Source of the DNA: an uncultured Thermoplasmata archaeon | GTDB taxonomy: Archaea; Thermoplasmatota; Thermoplasmata; RBG-16-68-12 | Assembly: GCA_963768855.1 (NCBI GenBank) | Contig: CAVYJM010000011.1 | Coordinates: 224,001-288,000, forward strand | Direction of reading: 5' to 3' | Length of the DNA: 64,000 bases | Part shown: one piece after another, positions 9,236 to 18,437 of the stretch | How the letters are laid out: each line of letters opens with the position of its first letter | How positions within the stretch are numbered: position 1 is the stretch's first letter | Position numbers and translations under genes: made by a program | Notes under the pieces: generated by a model | Seen by the model: only the letters and a program-made list of their open reading frames with translations | Told to the model about the DNA's origin: nothing | Databases searched by the model: none

Positions 9236-10741
9236 TCAGCTCGGATCGCCGAACGTGATGTAGTGCCACGGCTTGCGGACCGCGTCGTTCAGGTCCACGT
9301 ACACGTGCTTGACCTGAGTGTACTCCTCGAGGCTGTAGATCGAAAGGTCCTTGCCGAACCCGGACTGCTTGTACCCGCCGTGGGGCATCTCGCTCACGAG
9401 GGGCAAGTGCTCGTTGATCTCCGCCGCGCCGAAGCGCAGGGCGTTCGCGACGCGGAACGCGCGCTGCACGTCCTTCGTCCAGACGCTCGAGTACAGGCCG
9501 AAGACCACGCCGTTCGCGATCTCGAGGGCGTCGGCCTCCGTCTTGAAGGACATCGCGGTCACGAGAGGCCCGAAGACCTCCTCGCAGGAGATGCGCATGT
9601 CCGCGGTCGCCCCGCTGAACAGGGTGGGCTCATAGTACCAGCCCTTCTCGAACTGCTTCCCGGCCGGCCGCTTCCCGCCCGTCTCGAGGCGGCAGCCTTC
9701 CTCCTTCGCGAGGCCGGCGTACTTCTCCACTTTCTCCCGCTGCCGGTCACTCACGAGGGGCCCGAGGTCCGTGGACCGCTCGAGCGGGTCGCCCGGGCGG
9801 ACGTCCTTGAGCCGCTTCGCGAACTTCTGAATGAACTTCGGGTACGTCTTCTCCTGGATGACGAAGCGGCACGCCTGGGTGCAGTCCTGCCCGCCGTTGA
9901 CCATCGATGCGGCGACCGCGCCCTCGACGGCGGCGTCCAGGTTCGCGTCGTCGAAGACGATGAACGGGGCCTTGCCTCCGAGCTCGAGGTGCAGCCGCTT
10001 CACGTTGTTCGCGCCCGCGCGCATGATCTCCTTCCCCGTGGCCGTGTCGCCCGTGAGGGAGACCATGTCGACCTTCTCGGACGAGGACAGCGCCTCGCCG
10101 AGGACCGCGCCGGGTCCCGTAATCACGTTCACGACGCCCTTCGGCAGCCCGGCCTTCTCGACGAGCTTCCCGAGCTCGATGGACGTGAGCGGTGTCAGGG
10201 ATGCGGGCTTGAGGACCGCGCAGTTCCCGGCCGCCAGGGCGGGGGCCAGCTTCCAGATCGCCATCATGAACGGGTAGTTCCACGGGGTGATCGACCCGAT
10301 GACGCCGACGGGCTCCCGGCGGATGATGCTCGTCGCGCCGTAGGCGTATTCCATCGACGCGGAGCCCGTGAGGGTGCGCGCGGCTCCCGCCATGAAGCGC
10401 AGGTTGTCCACGCTGAACGGCAGGTCCCCGTCCCGGGCCTGCTTGATCGTCTTCCCCTGGTTCTTCGATTCCAGGATCGCGAGGCGGTCCATGTCCGCTT
10501 CGATGAGGGCGGCGAGCTTGAGCAGGGCGGCCGCGCGGTCGCTCGGCGTCATCTGGGGCCACTTGCCCTTGTCGAACGCCTCGCGCGCCGCGTCGATCGC
10601 GGCCTTCGCGTCCGGCTCGCCGCCTTTCGGGACGTCCGCGAGCTTCGATCCGTCCGCGGGGTTGATGACCTTGTAGGTCTCGCCCTTCTCTGCCCCGACC
10701 CACTCCCCGTTGATGTAGTTCAGGTACTCCAGCTTGGCCAA
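9236..10741 (-). CDS. Aldehyde dehydrogenase (aminobutyraldehyde/betaine aldehyde DH-like)
   Basis: ITPWNYPFMMAIWK, LELGGKAP, GQDCT, EEVFGP, HGGYKQSGFGKD; TTG start. Confidence 0.9.
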   Translation of the reverse strand: MAKLEYLNYINGEWVGAEKGETYKVINPADGSKLADVPKGGEPDAKAAIDAAREAFDKGKWPQMTPSDRAAALLKLAALIEADMDRLAILESKNQGKTIKQARDGDLPFSVDNLRFMAGAARTLTGSASMEYAYGATSIIRREPVGVIGSITPWNYPFMMAIWKLAPALAAGNCAVLKPASLTPLTSIELGKLVEKAGLPKGVVNVITGPGAVLGEALSSSEKVDMVSLTGDTATGKEIMRAGANNVKRLHLELGGKAPFIVFDDANLDAAVEGAVAASMVNGGQDCTQACRFVIQEKTYPKFIQKFAKRLKDVRPGDPLERSTDLGPLVSDRQREKVEKYAGLAKEEGCRLETGGKRPAGKQFEKGWYYEPTLFSGATADMRISCEEVFGPLVTAMSFKTEADALEIANGVVFGLYSSVWTKDVQRAFRVANALRFGAAEINEHLPLVSEMPHGGYKQSGFGKDLSIYSLEEYTQVKHVYVDLNDAVRKPWHYITFGDPS

Positions 10742-10845
10742 CGTATCCTCCCCAGGAGGTTGGCTAAGGAACGCGGGAGGGCGTAAGTAGGTTTCGCGGG
10801 GTCCCCGGAGGCCGCGTGCCGGGGCCGGCGCAAGCGTCCTGCATC

Positions 10846-10861
10846 AACCTTAAACAAGGTT
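10846..10861. promoter_or_regulatory. Palindromic operator candidate AACCTT-N4-AAGGTT
   Basis: AACCTTAAACAAGGTT in the intergenic region upstream of the ALDH; the identical 16-mer recurs in reverse orientation at 40043-40058. Confidence 0.6.
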
Positions 10862-10908
10862 AACCGGCGCCCGATGCGCGCAGGTCGTCGGGTGGGGCCG
10901 ACTCCGGC

Positions 10909-12006
10909 TCACGCGCGGAGCGCGCCCATGACCTCGGGGAACGCGGTCGCGAAGCGCTTCGCGTCTTTTTCCGGCACGGTGAACGAGACGCGGAAGAACT
11001 TGCTCCCGTTGAGCTTGGAGAGGTAGGAGCCTGCGCGGCCGTGGACGAGGTGGTCGTGGAGCAGCTTCTCCTCGAGGGCCTCGGGGTTCACGCCCGTCGC
11101 GCTCACGTCGATCACGAACATGTTCGCCTTGGAGGGGAACACGGGCAGGGACGCTCCGTCGACCTTGTCCACCGCTCCCTTGATCGTCCTCTGGTTTGTC
11201 TCGCAGGTCTTGCGGATTCCAGGCAGCCACTCCTTCTTCGTCTGCAATGCGGCGAGCGCGGCATGCTGCGCGAGGACGTTCACGCCGAGCGGGTTCGTGT
11301 CGAACTTCTTGATCTGCCTCATGAGCTCCATCGGCCCTAGGATCGCGCCGACCCGCATCCCCGCGAGGCCGGGCGCCTTGCTGAAGCTGTACGACAGGAG
11401 GGTCTTCTCCGGGTAGAACTCGGAGGCGAGCACGTGGTCCGGGTTGAAGTCGCGGTAGGTGATGTCGTCGATCAGGACGAGGTCGTGGTCCCTCGCGACC
11501 TCCGCGACCCCCTTCACCTGGGACCGCGTGTAGCCGGAGCCCATCGGGTTGTCCGGGTCGATGAGGAACACCGCCTTCGTCGCCGGCCCGACGGCCTCGT
11601 TCGCCCACTCCGGCGTCAGGACGTATGGCTTGCGGTAGATGTCGACGGCCTTCGGCCGGGCGCCGCACATCTCGATCTGCGCGTGGATCGGGAGGAAGGC
11701 GGGGTCCGTCGAGACGACCTCGTCGCCCGGCTTCAGGAGCGCGCGGGTCGCGAAGTACTCGCCCTCGATGCCGCCGTTCGTCAGCACGAGATCGTAGCCC
11801 TCGAGCCCGAGGTCCTCGAGGATCGCCTCGGGCAGGCCGAAGATCCCGCGCTTGAACGGGTAATTGTTGAACTCCCGTTGCTCGAAGCTCGTCCGGATCG
11901 CGTCGAGGATCGCGGGATGCATCGGGAGCGTGTTCGTGTTCTGGGACATCCAAGCGACTTCGCTGCGGTGCTGGTGGGCGTACTCGAAGTTGTCAATCGA
12001 GGCCAT
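10909..12006 (-). CDS. PLP-dependent aminotransferase class I/II
   Basis: MASIDNFEYAH..., TNGGIEG, IDPDNPMG, DDITYRDF, SFSKAPGLAGMRVG. Confidence 0.85.
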   Translation of the reverse strand: MASIDNFEYAHQHRSEVAWMSQNTNTLPMHPAILDAIRTSFEQREFNNYPFKRGIFGLPEAILEDLGLEGYDLVLTNGGIEGEYFATRALLKPGDEVVSTDPAFLPIHAQIEMCGARPKAVDIYRKPYVLTPEWANEAVGPATKAVFLIDPDNPMGSGYTRSQVKGVAEVARDHDLVLIDDITYRDFNPDHVLASEFYPEKTLLSYSFSKAPGLAGMRVGAILGPMELMRQIKKFDTNPLGVNVLAQHAALAALQTKKEWLPGIRKTCETNQRTIKGAVDKVDGASLPVFPSKANMFVIDVSATGVNPEALEEKLLHDHLVHGRAGSYLSKLNGSKFFRVSFTVPEKDAKRFATAFPEVMGALRA

Positions 12007-12085
12007 GGGACCCCTCCGGTGGGTGCGACCACGGCGACCTTCCTCATATCGGTTGCGGTCGATTCCATTCGGGCACCGTCGCGGA

Positions 12086-12436
12086 ATGATATGTTCGGCA
12101 CCTTCTTCGGGAGCCGCGGTCCGTGGCTCGTGGGGTGTCCCGTTGACGTGCTGCGAGGATCTGCACAAGGCGTTCGATGCGAAGGCGAACCGCGATATTC
12201 AGGTCGGCGAACTCCCGACCGGCCTGCATGTGAACGGCCGGGTCGCATGGTACGTGTACCAGGGTTCCTACGCGGACCTGTCCGTCAAGGGCTGGGACGT
12301 GTTCTGGAAGAAGTTCGCGACGTCGGGCCTGAAGATGGAGGGCGCTCCCGGGGACGTGTACGCCTGCAGCCCCGGCTGCCACACGGAGGACCACCAGGCC
12401 AAGATGCTCACGATCATGTGGGCGCCCGTGGCCTGA
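12086..12436 (+). CDS. GyrI-like small-molecule-binding domain protein
   Basis: VAWYVYQGSYADL...PGDVY...TIMWAPV resembles the GyrI-like fold; start uncertain. Confidence 0.55.
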   Translation: MICSAPSSGAAVRGSWGVPLTCCEDLHKAFDAKANRDIQVGELPTGLHVNGRVAWYVYQGSYADLSVKGWDVFWKKFATSGLKMEGAPGDVYACSPGCHTEDHQAKMLTIMWAPVA

Positions 12437-12480
12437 CCTCGGAAAGACTTAAACGGAATCAGTCCTTAGGCGGCGGGGCC

Positions 12481-12553
12481 GGGCTCGTGGTCTAGTGGTT
12501 ATGACGTCACCCTGACATGGTGAAGGTCACCGGTTCGAATCCGGTCGAGCCCA
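12481..12553 (+). tRNA. tRNA-Val(GAC)
   Basis: Cloverleaf: acceptor GGGCTCG/CGAGCCC, anticodon arm TCACC-CTGACAT-GGTGA, T-arm ACCGG-TTCGAAT-CCGGT; no encoded CCA. Confidence 0.97.
12530..12553 (+). repeat. attL (tRNA 3' end)
   Basis: 24-bp copy identical to 33494-33517. Confidence 0.92.
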
Positions 12554-12589
12554 CTTACCTTCCGGTTCGAAATCTATATCCCCTGGCGC

Positions 12590-13933
12590 GTGAATCCCGT
12601 TCTCGTGGTTCGAGTCCCAGGGAGAGGCGGGCGCGGGGCGAAGTACGTCAGCCTCCTGGCCGATCCCTCCATGGAGCGATGGCATCGGAACGTGGCCCGC
12701 GGATCCCAGATCACCGCGGACGTGTACCTTCGGCGACTGGGTCATGTGTGCGCGACCCGCGGTACCTCGCCTGCCGCCCTTCTGACAATGAGTTCGAAGG
12801 AGCGGCGCGACTTCGCCGCGGACCTCGTCTCGGATATGGAAGAGGCGGGCCGCGCGGGGAGCTACGTCCTCTCCACCCTGCGTGCGATCAAATCGTGGCT
12901 CGCGTTCAACGGAGCCGCCCTGGAGCATCCGATCAAGGTCCGGGGTGCGCAGGCGACACCCACACTGGAGAAGGAACGCGTGCCCACGCAGGACGAGCTT
13001 CGGCGGATTCTCCTCGCCGCTTCGCCTCGGGAGCGATGCGCGGCCGCCCTGCTGGCCCACGCGGGTCTGCGGCCGGAGACCCTGGGGAACTACCGTGGAA
13101 CGGACGGGCTTCGCCTTGGCGACCTCCCGGACATACGGATCAAGGGCAAGATCGTGGCCTTCAACAAGCTGCCCGCCCAGGTCGTCGTCCGTCCGGAGCT
13201 CTCCAAGTCCGGCCGGAGGTACTTCTCGTTCCTCGGCCCCGAGGCCGCCGACTACCTGAAGGCGTACCTCGAGGAACGGATGCGGGACGGGGAACGCTTG
13301 AACGAGGAGAGCGACGTGATCGCCCCGGCGTGGTCCACGAAGGCCTTCCTGACGTCCATCAACGTGAGCGACGCGGTGCGGAAGGCGATCCGCGTGGCCG
13401 GCTTCCGCTCCCGGCCCTACGTCCTCAGGGCGTACTTCGACACCCAGCTCCTGCTCGCGGAGAGCAAGGGGAAGATGACCCACGCCTACCGGCAGTTCTT
13501 CATGGGCCACGTCGGGGACATCGAGGCTCGCTACACGACGAACAAGGGCCGCCTACCGCCCGACCTCGTCGAGGACATGCGCGACGCGTACCGGCGGAGC
13601 TTGTCGTTCCTTGAGACGACGAAGCCGACGGACCGCGAGGGGGAGCTCAAGGCGTCCTTCCGGCGGCAGATGCTCCTCGTCGTGGGCCTCGAGGAGAAGG
13701 AGATCGGGAAGATGGACCTCGACGGGATGAGCGACGCGGACCTCCAACGGATCGTCCGGGAGCGGCTCGTGGGCGCTTCCGGTGGCGCCGGCAACGGTTC
13801 CGTGAATGGGCCCCCGAATGGCTCACGCCAGACGATCGTCGCCCTGTCCGCCGTGGAGACTTACCTCGAGCGCGGCTGGGAATGGGTCGCGCAGCTGCCC
13901 GACGATCGCGCGGTGCTCAGGCACGTCGGTTGA
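12590..13933 (+). CDS. Tyrosine recombinase/integrase (archaeal, intact)
   Basis: AGLRPETL (R), ELSKSG (K), PYVLRAYF (HxxR-equivalent), FFMGHVG, ARYT (Y); adjacent to attL. Start approximate. Confidence 0.9.
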   Translation: MNPVLVVRVPGRGGRGAKYVSLLADPSMERWHRNVARGSQITADVYLRRLGHVCATRGTSPAALLTMSSKERRDFAADLVSDMEEAGRAGSYVLSTLRAIKSWLAFNGAALEHPIKVRGAQATPTLEKERVPTQDELRRILLAASPRERCAAALLAHAGLRPETLGNYRGTDGLRLGDLPDIRIKGKIVAFNKLPAQVVVRPELSKSGRRYFSFLGPEAADYLKAYLEERMRDGERLNEESDVIAPAWSTKAFLTSINVSDAVRKAIRVAGFRSRPYVLRAYFDTQLLLAESKGKMTHAYRQFFMGHVGDIEARYTTNKGRLPPDLVEDMRDAYRRSLSFLETTKPTDREGELKASFRRQMLLVVGLEEKEIGKMDLDGMSDADLQRIVRERLVGASGGAGNGSVNGPPNGSRQTIVALSAVETYLERGWEWVAQLPDDRAVLRHVG

Positions 13934-14072
13934 GCAGGATCGTCCAGACCTCCATCTTCGCGAGGAACTCCGGGGGTGTCAGGACATCACGCTCGGCGAG
14001 GATCACCGAGCGGAGGGGATGATCGTCGGGGAGATGGGCGAGGACGAAGTCCTTCAGCCTGTGGATGGACAC
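13917..14072 (-). CDS. Small integrase-associated hypothetical protein (51 aa)
   Basis: MSIHRLKDFVLAHLPDDHPLRSVILAERDVLTPPEFLAKMEVWTILLNRRA; convergent with and overlapping the integrase stop. Confidence 0.55.
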   Translation of the reverse strand: MSIHRLKDFVLAHLPDDHPLRSVILAERDVLTPPEFLAKMEVWTILLNRRA

Positions 14073-14124
14073 GGCGGAGATCCCGTGGAGGGCCGGCGGT
14101 GCCTCGACGGAAACGGATCGAGGT

Positions 14125-14838
14125 CTACGAGGTCCGCGGGGCATCCTTCCGCATCGCCTCCTTCCTCGTGCTGCGTGATTTGCTCAATGAACAGCCCACG
14201 AGGCATAGGCGGCGCGCGGTCGTCCGTCCGACGCCCAGGGTCCGGGCCACCTGAGCCCAGGAACGTCCGCTCCGGCGCAGCTCAAGCGCCCTGGCGGGCA
14301 GACCGGGGTCCCGGGCCAGAGCGGAGACCCGGGCGCGTCCCCAGAGGAACGGCTTTCCGCGTCTCGCGGCCTCGGCACGGCGGGCCGCGATCCCCGCTGC
14401 GACGCGCTCGCCGATCGCTCGGCTCTCGAACTCGGCGGCCCACGCCAGCACGGCGAGGATGAGTTCCGCCGTAGGTGCGTCGGGATCCCACCACGTCTCG
14501 CAGACGGAGTAGACCCGAACCCCGGCACCTTGCAGCGTCTTGAGGACACGGAACATCTCCGCGATGCCTCCGCGCGTGAACCGGTCCAGGCGGAAGACGA
14601 TCAGGATTTGGAAGCGGTGCATCGCCGCGTCGTGGAGGAGCTTGCGGAGGACGGGACGATCCCGTCGTCGTCCCGAACCCTCCTCCTCGTAGACCGTGAC
14701 GCCGCGGAGGGAGAACCCGAGCCGCTCCACCAGCTCCCGGCACGCGTGGACCTGGGTCTCGAGACCGTGACCTTGGAGCTCTCGTCCCGTCGAGATGCGC
14801 GCGTAGATGGACGCGGAGCGCGCAGGTCGGTCGACCAT
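14125..14838 (-). CDS. Serine recombinase, resolvase/invertase family with C-terminal HTH
   Basis: IYARIST (catalytic Ser), EEEGSG, DRPVL, FRLDRFTR, EFESRAIGERVAAG, SWAQVARTLGVGRTTA. Confidence 0.9.
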   Translation of the reverse strand: MVDRPARSASIYARISTGRELQGHGLETQVHACRELVERLGFSLRGVTVYEEEGSGRRRDRPVLRKLLHDAAMHRFQILIVFRLDRFTRGGIAEMFRVLKTLQGAGVRVYSVCETWWDPDAPTAELILAVLAWAAEFESRAIGERVAAGIAARRAEAARRGKPFLWGRARVSALARDPGLPARALELRRSGRSWAQVARTLGVGRTTARRLCLVGCSLSKSRSTRKEAMRKDAPRTS

Positions 14839-15107
14839 CAGCCCTCCCCGTGCCGCGAATCCGCGGGGTGTACAACCCCCGCGGGGGCCTGGGGGTCGCC
14901 CTCCCTGCCCGCCGGGGGCTCTGCGGGGTGTGAAACCCCCGCCCGGCGCATCTCGAGGCATTCCTGGAGGTATGCGCCCAGGGCCTTGGACAGGGTCGCG
15001 TACCCGCGGTCGATCATGAAGCGGGCGAGTTCGTGGAAGACCTCCTCGCTCACCACGCCCGCGATCCGGACGAATCCCTTCCTTAGACGACCCGTGGGCA
15101 TCAGCAC
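14838..15107 (-). CDS. Small RHH/CopG-like DNA-binding protein
   Basis: VRIAGVVSEEVFHELARFMIDRGYATLSKALGAYLQECL: beta-strand plus two helices; stop overlaps the resolvase ATG. Confidence 0.45.
   Translation of the reverse strand: MLMPTGRLRKGFVRIAGVVSEEVFHELARFMIDRGYATLSKALGAYLQECLEMRRAGVSHPAEPPAGREGDPQAPAGVVHPADSRHGEG
14863..14942. repeat. Two 20-bp imperfect palindromes 60 bp apart
   Basis: GCGGGGTGTACAACCCCCGC (14863-14882) and GCGGGGTGTGAAACCCCCGC (14923-14942), 18/20 identical. Confidence 0.8.
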
Positions 15108-15207
15108 CGCCTTCGCTCAGAGAGGCGTGGCGTCCACGCGACGGGAACGGCGGGTGCTGATGTCGTGGTACTCATTCCCGGGCCGGGACGCCGTGGTGAA
15201 CCTTTAG

Positions 15208-15234
15208 GGTAGCGAAAACGCTACCTGGGTAGCG
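15208..15234. promoter_or_regulatory. Triple alternating heptamer operator candidate between divergent regulators
   Basis: GGTAGCG-AAAA-CGCTACC-TG-GGTAGCG. Confidence 0.6.
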
Positions 15235-15245
15235 GTGCTGATGTC

Positions 15246-15905
15246 ATGGAGCCCAAGAATGGAACCCGTCCGGATGCACGGCGAGATCGCGGCCTCGCGA
15301 TGAGGCGTAGGATCCTGGGATGGCTGCCCGTGGATGGCCCACCCCTGCGAAGCAACGACCTCTTCCGCCGTGCGGAGCGAGAGCGGATCGCGAAGACGAC
15401 GGTCTTGCGACACCTGCGCGAGGCAGAGAGGGAGGGAATCGTCCTCTCCCATCGGGCCGTTGCGAAAGGGAGGTCTGTCGTTGCTTACCGCCTGGATTTG
15501 GACTCCATGTTCCCCTACGGCAATCTCCGGAAGAAGCTTCTAGCGTTCGGACGGGACACACCGGGCGATCGCCGCGGGCTGTTCATCCCCACGCGGCGGG
15601 AGGACTTCGTCAAGTTCGTGCGGTTGCATACGGACCTCCTCGTCCTTCACCTGAACCGCCTCCTGGTCGATGCGACGGAGATGCCGACGGAACGGGGAGC
15701 CGAGGCGCGGGCCCAGCTCTTCGTGGACCACACCCTCCATCTCTGGCTTTCCTGGCTAGCGGTGGCTGCGTGGCGACGGCGGGATTTCGGCGAGGAGGCC
15801 ATCGATGAGGGGATGCGCGACATCCTCAAGGCGGTGGCCGGGGACGCGGACCGGCGCACGAAGGCGAAACCGAAGCCACCCGAGCGCGCGGGCGGCTCAC
15901 CGTGA
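15246..15905 (+). CDS. Winged-helix DNA-binding domain protein
   Basis: LRSNDLF...IAKTTVLRHLREAEREGIV...VAYRL wHTH pattern. Confidence 0.55.
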   Translation: MEPKNGTRPDARRDRGLAMRRRILGWLPVDGPPLRSNDLFRRAERERIAKTTVLRHLREAEREGIVLSHRAVAKGRSVVAYRLDLDSMFPYGNLRKKLLAFGRDTPGDRRGLFIPTRREDFVKFVRLHTDLLVLHLNRLLVDATEMPTERGAEARAQLFVDHTLHLWLSWLAVAAWRRRDFGEEAIDEGMRDILKAVAGDADRRTKAKPKPPERAGGSP

Positions 15906-17069
15906 CGAGCACCGGCGACGGGATGTCCTGGGGTTCCTAAGGATTCATTCGATCCGCAGAGCTCATTGGCGAAGGGCGACGCCCGCGACCGCGCTGTACG
16001 AACGGCAAGGCGGATTCGAAGCAACGAGGCAACGGTCGCGGTCGCGCTCGAGCGGGCTCGTGCGGCCTCGGGTATCCTACGTGGCACTTGGCGGAGGCGG
16101 TCTGTGCGCTGGCTTTGTGAAGAGTAAAACGACCTCCTATGCCAAAAAATCTGGGCCGTCGCACTCCGGTCCGACGCGAACCCGTCTCTTTAGGTTCCTC
16201 CGCGCGCCCGACCTAGGCCAAGCGCGTTGATCATCGACTGCGCGCAAGAGGGTTTGAGGAACATACGTTCCTGTTCGGGTCAGGTGGCATCGGAGCGGTC
16301 GGAACGAACCGTACCCGTTTTCCTGTTCAGTATTTGATCGTTTAGCAAGTGGATGTCCCGATCGTGCGCTCCGTTTTGGCCTCGGGTAGCTCGATACCGG
16401 AGGTATCGAGCGTATCTAGAGATTTACCTAACATACGAGGCTGGAGCCTGAAAAAAAGAAACAAGAGGGTCTCTCGCACGGTGGGTTCGAGCACGCGGCC
16501 CTCTATATGGAGAGAACGGGCTCCTGACGAGATCCGGATGAGCGCTCGGATGTGTCACGTACAGCCCGTTGCTATTTGAATCGTGATGCCGCGAATGCTG
16601 TGATCGCGTCGCTAATGCGCGGGCACCCGTGGAAGACCATCTCGGAGGGGTGTAACACCCTCCCGGGCTCTCTTCGCCGTGAGGGATCCGGCGGTCACCA
16701 ACGCATGTAGTGAGCTACTAACGCCCCGCCACCACAGGCACCCTCGAAGTCACCACGATGACTTCAGGTCGGAACGAGAGCTTCTTTGCTTGCTCCGTCG
16801 CCCCGAGCGGCAGAAGGGCCCGAAGTCGCAGCCCTAGCAGGCCAAGGTTCTCTTGGTTCGCCGTCGACCGGATTCGAACCACGGAATGGCTCGATTACGC
16901 TACCAAGGCAGAGGCCCCGGTTGAGAGCCTTGAGCTGAGGTTCGAAGGCTCCCTGGCTCCTCAGCGCGGGGCAGTAGCCCCGCATGGCGAGCCAATAGCC
17001 TCCCAGCATAATGTGTGGTGAGATGCTCGGCAGGCAACTCCTACCGCGCAGGGAAAGGCTTAACCTTCT

Positions 17070-18122
17070 TTGCGTTCATTGAACCGCGCGATAGCCTTGC
17101 GTGCGCACGGGCAAATGGCTTCTGCACTGCTCCTGGTCTGCGCGCTCACGGTGGCCGTCACGTGGATCGTACCGGCCGGCGCGGACGTGGCCCTGCAAGC
17201 TTGGAGCGCTGGCGACTTCTGGGTGTACACGACCTTCGGACTCGGAAACTCGTTCAACATTCCCGACGGGACCAAGCTGAACTACAGCGTCGCAGGGCTC
17301 GATTCGATTGATTTTCGGGGAGTCTCGTACCCAACCTTCCACGTGACGATCTCGTTCCCTTCCCTTCAAAATGCGACATCGGGATCGACTTCCTTCAGGC
17401 GACTTGAGGGCGATGCGTGGTACAACGAGTCGGATCTGTCGCTCCTGCGGATGACGTACCGTGTCTGGCAGAACGGTGCGGGGGGTTGTTTGTCATGCTG
17501 GGCGAACGCCTCCGAGACTTGGACGGCGGGCCCGCCCTTGGCGCCCCGATTCCCGCTGAGGACCGGCTTTGGATGGTTCGCCTCGACCACCGTGAACATT
17601 AGGACCTTGGACCTCGACACGGGGGCGCTGGTCGCGGAGACGAACCAAAGCGCGTTCGGCACATTCACGGTTGGGTCCAACCTCAGCGTCGGGGTGCCGG
17701 CGGGCACCTTCACGACCACACCGATGACCGAGAACCTGACGAAGAACGGGCAGTGGGCTGGAATCGGAGCCAACCCGCTCCTCCCGCTAACCTTCGCGGC
17801 GAAGACGGTGGCCTTCTATTCGCCTCTCGTCGGTAATGCCGTCTGCGTGGCCGACGTCGGGTGGGGACAAGGGTGCGGTGGCGTCAGCGCGACCGACGGC
17901 TTTGAACTCGTGTCCTATGGCCATAGTGTTCCCGCAAGTGCGGGTAAGGTGTTCGGAATGTCGTACCTGGAATGGGGGATCATCGCTCTCGCCGTCGTTG
18001 CCGCTTTTGTCGCGGTGACACGGTTGGTCCGTCGGAGACCGCCGCGTGTCACCGAAGAACCCACGCAGGCGACATCCCCCTCCGAGACAACCACGGAATC
18101 CCACTTGGGACCCAAGGAATGA
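17070..18122 (+). CDS. Exported beta-rich protein with signal peptide and C-terminal TM anchor
   Basis: N-terminal hydrophobic signal, Thr/Ser/Gly-rich body, WGIIALAVVAAFVAVTRLVRRR anchor. Confidence 0.65.
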   Translation: MRSLNRAIALRAHGQMASALLLVCALTVAVTWIVPAGADVALQAWSAGDFWVYTTFGLGNSFNIPDGTKLNYSVAGLDSIDFRGVSYPTFHVTISFPSLQNATSGSTSFRRLEGDAWYNESDLSLLRMTYRVWQNGAGGCLSCWANASETWTAGPPLAPRFPLRTGFGWFASTTVNIRTLDLDTGALVAETNQSAFGTFTVGSNLSVGVPAGTFTTTPMTENLTKNGQWAGIGANPLLPLTFAAKTVAFYSPLVGNAVCVADVGWGQGCGGVSATDGFELVSYGHSVPASAGKVFGMSYLEWGIIALAVVAAFVAVTRLVRRRPPRVTEEPTQATSPSETTTESHLGPKE

Positions 18123-18437
18123 GTCATCAGCAAGCTCCACCGGAGCATGCCTGGGCCCGTTTTCAGTGTGGTGCTGAGGGTCCCGGCTTCCGAAAGCGTC
18201 TGCGGCCGGGCAGCGCGTTTCCCAGGAGAGACGATGAGTGTGAGAAGGCATGCCGATTACCTCAGCGCAAAGAAATCGGCTCTTGCATGGAGGAAGGGTT
18301 TCGAGTAATGGGCTCGTCCGAATAGAGGCCCAATCGGCACGCTTCACGACCCGTCATCCGGGAAACCGCAATTCCGTTGACTTCACGTGATAGTCGCGTC
18401 ATGCGGGAGGCGCGGGGAGACCCTCGCTCGAGGAGGT

